Shown: positions 26,113-32,364 of the stretch, piece after piece
How the letters are laid out: every line of letters starts with the position of its first letter
How positions within the stretch are numbered: position 1 is the first letter of the stretch
Source: a virus
Taxonomy: Duplodnaviria > Caudoviricetes
Strand: one strand, 5' to 3'
DNA: 32,364 nt
IMG/VR virus record: IMGVR_UViG_3300005286_000500
Coordinates: 1 to 32,364 of that record
The notes under the pieces: generated by a model
Told to the model about the DNA's origin: nothing
Seen by the model: the letters and a program-made list of their open reading frames with translations, nothing else
Database searches by the model: none
Program-made: the position numbers and the translations under genes

Positions 26113-26598
26113 ATGGAATTGATGAACCGCGAGCTGCAGCTGACGCTGCTGCAGCAACTCGCCGCTGCGTATCCGGAAGAGCTGGACCCTCGGCAGCTCG
26201 GCATGAGCAATGACGATCGCGCTTGGAACTTCAATGCGATGTACTTGCACCAGCACGGCCTGATACACGCGCGCTGGACAGACATGCTGTCTCGCGGAAG
26301 GCAGATACACCTCGCCGGCATCACCGCCAAAGGCTTGGACTTCCTACAAGACGACGGCGGCCTCGGCGCCATCCTCGGCACCGTCACCGTGCGCTTTGAG
26401 GCCGAAACACTGCAGGCACTGCTGGCCGCCAAAGTGCAGGCGTCTGCACTACCGCCGGAGAAGAAGTCGAAGGTGCTGGGCGCGTTGAAGCAACTGGGCG
26501 CCGACGCCCTGAAGGAGGTCTCCAAGCGGCTCCTCGATGCCGCACTGGACCAGGCCCCCGACGTGCTGCAGCAGTTGCCGCAGATGCTTGACCTGTAG
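26113..26598 (+). CDS. Accessory phage protein oriented against the pR operon (161 aa, winged-helix-like N-terminus)
   Basis: Has an SD (GGGAGG) and a protein-like sequence with YL..HGLI and ITAKGLDFLQDDGGLGAILG motifs. Confidence 0.8.
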   Translation: MELMNRELQLTLLQQLAAAYPEELDPRQLGMSNDDRAWNFNAMYLHQHGLIHARWTDMLSRGRQIHLAGITAKGLDFLQDDGGLGAILGTVTVRFEAETLQALLAAKVQASALPPEKKSKVLGALKQLGADALKEVSKRLLDAALDQAPDVLQQLPQMLDL

Positions 26599-26602
26599 CT
26601 CA

Positions 26603-26860
26603 CTACCGCCCGCCCTTCCCAACCCCTGCGCTGCACCCGATATCGGATTGAGACTTCGGCGGGTTCCGGTGCGGCGGCACCTGCCCGGCGCTCACACCGC
26701 GCCGCGGCGGCCAGGACGTAGAGGCCTCGAACCACTGGCCGCTCCAGGTCATGCGCCTGGTGCGCCGGCGCGCCAGGGCCAGCGCCGCGCGAACGGCCAC
26801 GGCGAGTGCCGCCCCCAACAGCCAAGCCGCGGCACCGGGTTCACCGCTGATCCAGGCCAT
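26603..26860 (-). CDS. Small putative membrane protein (85 aa)
   Basis: Start overlaps the cII stop (TGATG). An N-terminal hydrophobic helix (AAAWLLGAALAVAVRAALALA) is followed by RRRTRR. Confidence 0.45.
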   Translation of the reverse strand: MAWISGEPGAAAWLLGAALAVAVRAALALARRRTRRMTWSGQWFEASTSWPPRRGVSAGQVPPHRNPPKSQSDIGCSAGVGKGGR

Positions 26861-27360
26861 CACCGCGGCCCCCGATCGGCCGCCCGCCGCACCGTCTGCC
26901 GGCGCTCGTGCGCGGGCTTCGCGGCCTGGTTGCGCGCGTGCAGCAGCGCCTGCAGGTGCTGGCCGGCGGCGATGAGCTGGCCGAGCTCGCGCTCGCAGTG
27001 CCGCAGCTCGTTGTCGCTGACCTGGCCGTCGGCCAGGGCCTCGCTCACGTGCGCCAGGTAGTCGCCCAACTCGCGCGTGACCTGGGCCACGCCCTGCAGC
27101 ACGCACTCGCCGGCCAGGCTCACGTCGGGCAGCGGCAGCGTCATGCGCCGCAGCGCCGCGGCGAAGGCGTTGAGCATCACAGGGTCGTCGGCCAGCACGC
27201 TCATCTCCACGGCCGTGTCCCAGCCGAGCTTGTGGCCGGGACAGTTGGGATCGAGCTGATGCTGCAGCGTCGAGGACGACATTCCCATCCGGAAGGCCAG
27301 GGCAGCCGCGCCGCCCGGATATTTGCGCGCCAGATAGCGCGGCGCGTCGTTTATGTCCAT
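26860..27360 (-). CDS. Phage regulatory CII-family (CP76/YmfL-like) protein
   Basis: Contains YPGG..ALA.RMGMS..TL...LDP....HKL and ALADG.VS..E motifs, has an SD (GAGGAGG), and lies downstream of cro. Confidence 0.88.
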   Translation of the reverse strand: MDINDAPRYLARKYPGGAAALAFRMGMSSSTLQHQLDPNCPGHKLGWDTAVEMSVLADDPVMLNAFAAALRRMTLPLPDVSLAGECVLQGVAQVTRELGDYLAHVSEALADGQVSDNELRHCERELGQLIAAGQHLQALLHARNQAAKPAHERRQTVRRAADRGPR

Positions 27361-27830
27361 GGCAGCGACCTCCTCACGGCGCCATGGCCGCCCTGCCCGC
27401 AGCTGCGGACACTCGCGGCATGGGTAGAAAACTGGTTGAGTTCAGGAACCATGTCAGGGCGAGCCACTACAGGCCGCCCGTTCTTCGATACCTGCCGGCG
27501 CGCGTGGCGCGGACCGCAGGTGCGGCATGGGCAGGCGTGCGCTGGGCAATACCCGTGGGCTGCGCGCGATGCTGAGAGCGAGTCGATATCGGAACTGCGA
27601 GCGAACTCACCCGTTCCCACTCCGCCGCTGTACTGCCAGCACACGGCTGCAGCCAGTTCCCTCCTGGGTCGGGTTACGCTGTTGGCTTCAAAACGCAACC
27701 ACCTCAGGAAGGACAAGTGATGTTTCGCAAGATGAGCTGGGCGCTGGGAACTCTGGGCAGGATCGCCGTCGGGGCGGCGTAACGACCAGTTCGTCGAGAC
27801 GGCGCCGAGCTTGTGCAGCACGCGGCTCAT
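27351..27830 (-). CDS. Doubtful 159-aa ORF bridging cro and cII
   Basis: It has an ATGA overlap with the cro stop and ends over the cII start, but the composition is not clearly protein-like. Confidence 0.25.
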   Translation of the reverse strand: MSRVLHKLGAVSTNWSLRRPDGDPAQSSQRPAHLAKHHLSFLRWLRFEANSVTRPRRELAAAVCWQYSGGVGTGEFARSSDIDSLSASRAAHGYCPAHACPCRTCGPRHARRQVSKNGRPVVARPDMVPELNQFSTHAASVRSCGQGGHGAVRRSLPWT

Positions 27831-28210
27831 GAAGTGCCGCCTGGATCGGTGCTCCGCCGCTTACCCCTACGCCGATCCCCACCGCTGCGCCGGTCCTTGC
27901 CACTGCGCTGGTCAGCAGGCGCCGAGATTTCAGGCGTAGCTGGGATTGCGGGCGCACCAGGCACCCCGATGATCTCCGGCCAGATCAACCACCAGTCGCG
28001 CGGCCTGGAGTCCCAACGTCGGACAGCGCCCTTGGTTTCCCATTCAATGCTTACCGCCAGGTGTGGCGCAGGCTCACGTTTGGCTTTGGCTCCGCCCGCG
28101 GCACACAGTTGCGTGAGATAGACCGCAGAGATCTCCAGCCGACCTGCCAAGTCCGCAACGACATCTGAGCGCTTACCAGAGCGCGACCCAATATAGGTTC
28201 TAAGGTCCAT
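27827..28210 (-). CDS. cro: Cro-like (YdaS-type) HTH regulator with Arg-rich C-terminal tail
   Basis: Contains LA..LEIS..YL.QL, A..IE..T.GAV.R...RP.DW..IWPE, and is divergent from the repressor. Confidence 0.88.
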   Translation of the reverse strand: MDLRTYIGSRSGKRSDVVADLAGRLEISAVYLTQLCAAGGAKAKREPAPHLAVSIEWETKGAVRRWDSRPRDWWLIWPEIIGVPGAPAIPATPEISAPADQRSGKDRRSGGDRRRGKRRSTDPGGTS

Positions 28211-28213
28211 CCT

Positions 28214-28274
28214 ATGCAATTTGCTCCGTTTGATTCGAAGCATACTGCATCGCCCTCCCCGATGCAAAACGCAT
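28214..28274. promoter_or_regulatory. OR operators: three ATGC-N5-GCAT sites at 24-bp spacing
   Basis: ATGCAATTTGCTC (28214-28226), AAGCATACTGCAT (28238-28250) and ATGCAAAACGCAT (28262-28274). Confidence 0.8.
28239..28267 (-). promoter_or_regulatory. pR-like sigma70 promoter for cro
   Basis: Minus strand has TTGCAT (-35), a 17-bp spacer and TATGCT (-10), overlapping two of the operators. Confidence 0.7.
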
Positions 28275-28285
28275 ACAGTTTGGCT

Positions 28286-28762
28286 ATGGGGAGCAACGAC
28301 CATCAGGCGCCACGGCCGTACCGTGAAACGCGGCGTCAGCGTCTACGCGAGCTGTTACGCGAAGCCGGCGGTCCGTCTGCTCTGATGGCCCTTACCGGGG
28401 TTACTGACACGCATTTGACGGCCTGCGAAAAGGGCCGGCGCATGATCGGCGACGACATGGCCGACTCTTTAGAAACCGGTATGCGTAAGCCGCGCGGTTG
28501 GATGGACAGCCCGCCCGGGGCGGAGCCGTTAGACGCGGAGGCCCTGTCGGTAGCGCGGCTGTACGGCCGGCTTCTAGCGGAAGATCAGCAACGCGTTCTT
28601 GCTTTCCTACAGGCCTTGCTGCTACCCACACTGCCGACCAATGCAGTCAGCCTCGAAGCCCAGACTCAGGATCTAGCACCCAACCCTGCCCCTGCTCAGG
28701 GGAATAAAACAGGCGACGCTGATGCCCGGTACGTAAGGCGTCCAAGGCAATCGACCACCTGA
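28286..28762 (+). CDS. cI: CI-like HTH repressor lacking an S24 autopeptidase domain (158 aa)
   Basis: Contains R..RL..L....GG...L...TG....L....GRRMIG..MA..LE..M.KPRGWMD followed by a short helical domain. TACAGT at 28274-28279 just upstream suggests a leaderless pRM transcript. Confidence 0.85.
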   Translation: MGSNDHQAPRPYRETRRQRLRELLREAGGPSALMALTGVTDTHLTACEKGRRMIGDDMADSLETGMRKPRGWMDSPPGAEPLDAEALSVARLYGRLLAEDQQRVLAFLQALLLPTLPTNAVSLEAQTQDLAPNPAPAQGNKTGDADARYVRRPRQSTT

Positions 28763-29057
28763 ATGCATGCGCCTGCTCAGGCAGGCAAATGACTGCTGTC
28801 GGCAACCTCAACCGATTCCAGCCGCATGACTCCACTACCGCATCTTGAATGTCGGCGCCGCCAACATTCCGGGCGAACCTGAAATCCAGCACCAAGCCAC
28901 GTGGTGCGCGACCTGAATAGGTCGCCGCTAAGCACGCATACAGCGCAGAGACACCGGCCGGACACAGCGCTCCGCGGGCGCGTGCATACACAACCCGGTC
29001 GCGGCCAATTGCCGCCACAACCTCGTTGTGCACTACCACGTACTGCTCTGGAACCAT
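28647..29057 (-). CDS. Putative LexA-regulated protein with a SpoIIAA/STAS-like pattern (136 aa)
   Basis: An SD (AAGGA) precedes ATG 29057 and a LexA box lies 14 nt upstream. The protein pattern is GLVLDFR...TAVIC...RLF...E.G.GWV. Confidence 0.65.
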   Translation of the reverse strand: MVPEQYVVVHNEVVAAIGRDRVVYARARGALCPAGVSALYACLAATYSGRAPRGLVLDFRFARNVGGADIQDAVVESCGWNRLRLPTAVICLPEQAHAFRWSIALDALRTGHQRRLFYSPEQGQGWVLDPESGLRG

Positions 29058-29069
29058 CCCAGTCCTTGA

Positions 29070-29089
29070 TACTGTTGTTTTATACAGTT
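29070..29089. promoter_or_regulatory. LexA (SOS) box
   Basis: TA-CTGT-TGTTTTAT-ACAG-TT matches CTGT-N8-ACAG with an AT-rich spacer, in intergenic DNA. Confidence 0.88.
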
Positions 29090-29146
29090 TCTAACACAAT
29101 CGCATCTTCACGTGCTTGATCTCTGAGCACATTGCGCTGCGCTGCT

Positions 29147-29186
29147 ATGCATCTTGCTTGACAGCGTACGATGCAAATCGCATAGT
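29147..29186 (+). promoter_or_regulatory. pL-like promoter with OL operators
   Basis: TTGACA (29158-29163), a 17-bp spacer and CATAGT (29181-29186). Operators ATGCATCTTGCTT (29147-29159) and ATGCAAATCGCAT (29171-29183) are 24 bp apart and share the OR consensus. Confidence 0.82.
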
Positions 29187-29221
29187 TTTGATCATCGCCA
29201 CTTTTACTGGACGAGGCAACT

Positions 29222-29419
29222 ATGGGACTGGGTCAGACCCCATCGCAGCGACTGTTTTATGTGCGGACACCTGCACAGCCGGCCACTACCAATCAGCTCA
29301 TCACCGACGACACCCTACGGGGCACCGCTCAGCTCGCCCGAAACGCACGGCTGTACGTGGCAACGTCCTTCGCGGCCTACGCTGCGGTGATCGTCAACCT
29401 TGTTGCGGTGCTGTCATGA
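29222..29419 (+). CDS. Small putative membrane protein, first gene of the pL operon (65 aa)
   Basis: Has an SD (GAGG), a C-terminal hydrophobic helix and an ATGA overlap with the next gene. Confidence 0.55.
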   Translation: MGLGQTPSQRLFYVRTPAQPATTNQLITDDTLRGTAQLARNARLYVATSFAAYAAVIVNLVAVLS

Positions 29420-29730
29420 GCCGCGGCGCCCTTGCCCAGCGGACCACGCTGGCCAACACGCAGCCGACTGCCACCGAGCTGGAAGCCCTGCGTGTGCAGT
29501 TCGCCCGCACCGACGCGGCGCTGCTGCAGAACATCGAGGCCGGCGCCTACCCGGTGAAGCTCGACGGCACCGTGTGGCGCGACGTGCGCCCGCTGCTCGA
29601 TGAACGCGAGGTCTGCCCCACCACGGCCGACACCACGCGCGAGCTGCTGGACTACCTCGCCGAGCGCGGCCTGCTGCTGCGCCATGGGCAGCACGCGCAC
29701 CTGGTGCGCGCCGCGGCGAGGCCGGCATGA
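29416..29730 (+). CDS. Hypothetical phage protein (104 aa)
   Basis: ATGA overlaps on both ends and GC3-rich codon usage. Confidence 0.7.
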   Translation: MSRGALAQRTTLANTQPTATELEALRVQFARTDAALLQNIEAGAYPVKLDGTVWRDVRPLLDEREVCPTTADTTRELLDYLAERGLLLRHGQHAHLVRAAARPA

Positions 29731-30092
29731 GCACCGCCCCCATGTACTGCACCGTGGTGCGCGCGGCCCCTCATGCCATCTGGCTGCCCGACGGTACCGC
29801 CATGCACCTGCACCGCGTGAACACCGCATCGTCCCGCGCCGTGCGCCTGCGCGCGCTGCGCGGTGCCGCGGGTTGGATGGTGATCGACCTGGGCCTCGTG
29901 GCGCCCGAGCTGTGGCAGGACCTGCCCGGCGCCGCGGACCGCGACGTGCCCGCCCTGGTGCTGCGCGCGCTGCGCCGGGCCTGCCCCACCGGGGCGGAGT
30001 TCTCGGCACTGGCGCGCGAGGCGGAAGACAAGGGGCTGACGCGGCTGGTCAACACGGCACTGGCCCGCAACGAGGAGGCCGCATGCCGCTGA
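29727..30092 (+). CDS. Hypothetical phage protein (121 aa)
   Basis: ATGA overlap with the previous gene and GC3-rich codon usage. Confidence 0.65.
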   Translation: MSTAPMYCTVVRAAPHAIWLPDGTAMHLHRVNTASSRAVRLRALRGAAGWMVIDLGLVAPELWQDLPGAADRDVPALVLRALRRACPTGAEFSALAREAEDKGLTRLVNTALARNEEAACR

Positions 30093-30307
30093 AGAACTTG
30101 CCTCGCAACGTCCTCGCCGACCAGGTGCTGGCCTTCTTCACGGCCAACCCGGACGAGGAGCTGACCGTCAACGACGTCACGGTGAAGTTCGACGTCGACG
30201 ACGTACGCACCGCGTCGGCCAAGCTGTCCGCGCAGGTGCGCCGGCGCGTGCTGGTGCGCGAGGGCGACACCTACCGAGCCGGGCCGGCGCTGCAGAAGGG
30301 AGCGTGA
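30083..30307 (+). CDS. Small winged-helix-like protein (74 aa)
   Basis: An SD (GAGGAGG) precedes ATG 30083; it contains VLAFF.ANPDEELT..DV..KF...L.REG..YRAG. Confidence 0.7.
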   Translation: MPLKNLPRNVLADQVLAFFTANPDEELTVNDVTVKFDVDDVRTASAKLSAQVRRRVLVREGDTYRAGPALQKGA

Positions 30308-32364
30308 TGGACACCCCTACCCTGACCGTTGACCCGGCGACGATCGTTCAGATCCCGCTCGACCAGCTGCACGACTCGCCCACCAACCCGCGCCGCACGT
30401 TCCTTGACATCGAGGAGCTAGCCGCCGACATCCGCCAGCACCGCCGCGTGCTGCAGCCGCTGCTGGTGCGCCCGCGCCGGCCCAACCCGCTGCGCGACGA
30501 CCTGGTGGACGGCTACGAGGTGGTCTTCGGCCACCGCCGCAAGCGCGGCGCCGTGGCGGCAGGCCTGACCAGCGTGGATTGCATGGTGCGCGAGATGACC
30601 GACGAGGAGGTCAAGCGCGCGCAGATCAGCGAGAACCTGCAGCGGCGCGATGTGCACCCGATCGAGGAGGCCGAAGGTTTTCAGGCTCTCATGCGCGACC
30701 ACGGCGTGACGGCCGACGAGCTGGCCGAGCAAGCGGGCAAGTCCAAGTCCTACGTATACGGCAGGCTGAAACTGTTGGAGGCCGTGCCGGAGATCCGCGA
30801 AGCGTGCGTGAAGGGCGAGATCGGCAGCGAGGTTGCACTGCTGATTGCGCGCCTGGGCCCCGCGACGGTGCAGCAGAAGGCACTGGCGCGCATCAAGGCG
30901 AAGTACTGGGACTTGGGCGACGGCGGGAAACGCAACTTCCGGAACATCCGCGACCTGTTGATCGAACAGTTCACGCTGCGCCTGAAGGACGTGATCTTTG
31001 CCCCTGAAGACGCAACCCTGCTGCCCAGTGCAGGCGTCTGCAGTGCATGCCCGAAGCGCTCCGGCAATGCGCCGGAGTACGCCGACACGCTCAAGGACTC
31101 ACAAACGTCCTGGGGCACCCGCCGTGCCGCCTACGGCCCCGACCTGTGCACCGACCCGGCATGCTGCGCCGAGAAGAAGAAAGCGCACCTGCGCCGCCAG
31201 GCTGAAGCGCTGCAGGAACAGGGCAAGGTGGTGATCGAGGGCAACCGGGCCCGCGCATCGATCGGCAAGGACGGCACGGTGAAGGGCGCGTACGTCGCGC
31301 TCAAGGACGTCAAGGACCAGCTCAAGAAGGCCAAGAAGGGAAAGGGCGTAGACGCGCCGGCCGTCGAGACGGTGCTGATTCAGAGCCCGTACGACGGCAA
31401 GGTCGTTGAAGCGGTGGCCGCCGCTTCGCTCAAGGCCGCGGACATCGAGCCGCCGGCGAAGAAGAAGAACAGCGGCTACGACTGGCAGGAAGTGAACCGC
31501 CAGCGGCAGGCGGAGTATGCGAAGAAGGAAGAGCGCGCCGCCGAGGAGCTGCCCAAGCGCTTCGCGCTGCTGCAGTCGGTGCGCGCCGCGATGGCCGCGA
31601 CCGAGCGCAGCGAGTTCGACCTGCGCATGGTGGTGCGCACGGCCGTCAAGGAAGCGCCGACCTGGAATCAAACCGCGCTGTTGCGCCTGTGGAACTGCGA
31701 GGACGTGGAGACGCTGCTGGAGAGCATCGAGCAGGCCTCGCCCCAGGAGATGACGCAGCTGCTGATCGACTGCACGCTCGTTGAAAACGTCATCGTCCCG
31801 GCGGGCTGCATTGACGACGAGGACGAGCAGCCGCACCAGCTGCTCGCGGCCGCGAAGTACTACGGCGTTGACATCGAGGCCGCGCGCGCCGGCCAGATGC
31901 TGCTGGTGGAAGAGCCGACGGGCGAGGCCTCGGAGCCGAATGCGCCTAACGACGCCGTTGCGGCCGAGGAGCGCATCGAGCACACGCCGGAGGAACTGGC
32001 CGAGCTGCAGGCCCAGGGCTGGCTGACGCTGGACGACGCCGACACGCCAGCTGTTGAACCGCCTGCCGCAGCCGCCGATGGAGATGCAGCAGAGCCGGCC
32101 AGCGCACCCGCGCCCGTGGTCCGGGCGGAGCCGTGCATCGAGGATTTCGACATCGTCACCCAGTCCATGGCCGGCGGCATCCTGCGCCGGCTGCTGCAGG
32201 AAGCCGCCGTAGAGCTGCGCCTGCTGCACAAGGCCACGGTGCTGACGCTGATGAGCATGGGCCTGGTGCAAGGCCAGGACGGCCGGCAGAGCGGCACGCA
32301 TGTGGAGATCACGGACGCTGGCCGCGCCTGGCTCGCTGCGCAACAGGAACGCGCCGCGGCATGA
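30304..32364 (+). CDS. ParB/RepB/Spo0J-family protein with Cys-rich and acidic C-terminal extensions
   Basis: Contains NPRRTF, ELAADI, LQPLLVRP, GHRR.R.A and ENLQR.DVHPIEEA motifs and an HTH (LAEQAGKSKSYVYGRL), followed by CSACPKR..CTDPAC. Confidence 0.92.
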   Translation: MMDTPTLTVDPATIVQIPLDQLHDSPTNPRRTFLDIEELAADIRQHRRVLQPLLVRPRRPNPLRDDLVDGYEVVFGHRRKRGAVAAGLTSVDCMVREMTDEEVKRAQISENLQRRDVHPIEEAEGFQALMRDHGVTADELAEQAGKSKSYVYGRLKLLEAVPEIREACVKGEIGSEVALLIARLGPATVQQKALARIKAKYWDLGDGGKRNFRNIRDLLIEQFTLRLKDVIFAPEDATLLPSAGVCSACPKRSGNAPEYADTLKDSQTSWGTRRAAYGPDLCTDPACCAEKKKAHLRRQAEALQEQGKVVIEGNRARASIGKDGTVKGAYVALKDVKDQLKKAKKGKGVDAPAVETVLIQSPYDGKVVEAVAAASLKAADIEPPAKKKNSGYDWQEVNRQRQAEYAKKEERAAEELPKRFALLQSVRAAMAATERSEFDLRMVVRTAVKEAPTWNQTALLRLWNCEDVETLLESIEQASPQEMTQLLIDCTLVENVIVPAGCIDDEDEQPHQLLAAAKYYGVDIEAARAGQMLLVEEPTGEASEPNAPNDAVAAEERIEHTPEELAELQAQGWLTLDDADTPAVEPPAAAADGDAAEPASAPAPVVRAEPCIEDFDIVTQSMAGGILRRLLQEAAVELRLLHKATVLTLMSMGLVQGQDGRQSGTHVEITDAGRAWLAAQQERAAA

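Larger units (their letters stand above)
24683..27592. repeat. Dispersed palindrome CCGATATCGG (four exact copies and one with a single mismatch)
   Basis: Exact copies at 24683-24692, 25120-25129, 25542-25551 and 26637-26646; TCGATATCGG at 27583-27592. Confidence 0.85.
1..32364. mobile_element. Temperate HK97/lambda-like siphovirus prophage (partial; att sites not seen in the window)
   Basis: Integrase, lysis, tail, head, packaging, Q, replication, cII-cro-cI and pL modules occur in lambdoid order. There is no tail sheath gene. Confidence 0.97.

Noticed and set aside
29229-29241. Palindrome TGGGTC-A-GACCCA near the start of the pL operon (nut/boxB-like?)
   Set aside because: It is a single copy inside an ORF, with no boxA or N-like gene recognised.
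31099-32343. 414-aa minus-strand ORF
   Set aside because: It is an antisense shadow of parB.
1-32364. CRISPR array, rRNA, tRNA or IS element
   Set aside because: No regularly spaced repeat-spacer array, RNA gene signature or transposase motif was seen.

Overview
The window is most of a temperate, HK97/lambda-like siphovirus prophage in a high-GC host; the gene style suggests Betaproteobacteria, but that is inference. From left to right: an inward-pointing tyrosine integrase resembling dusA-associated integrases (1-1083), then a two-gene accessory unit ending in a sialate O-acetylesterase-like SGNH hydrolase. Next is a long minus-strand late operon, read from the right: HNH, putative cos, terminase, portal, ClpP-type protease, capsid, head-tail genes, tail tube, G/GT frameshift chaperones, tape measure, tail tip and fibre, holin and SAR endolysin, with no spanins seen. 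Then come a Q-like antiterminator, a YdaU/DUF1376-like replication protein with internal iterons, cII, cro, a cI lacking the S24 autoprotease domain, and a pL operon ending in a ParB-family gene. The prophage probably continues past the right edge. The most unusual signals are in the control region. (1) A canonical LexA box sits directly upstream of a SpoIIAA/STAS-like ORF that converges on and overlaps the non-cleavable cI, a candidate SOS-induction route. (2) Five copies of the palindrome CCGATATCGG are clustered in about 3 kb and are candidate parS sites. (3) Cro and CII both end in Arg-rich RxxxR/RRxxD tails, possibly for c-di-GMP sensing. (4) Repeated antisense expression modules are nested in the pR operon. 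All calls come from reading motifs by eye; no database searches were run.
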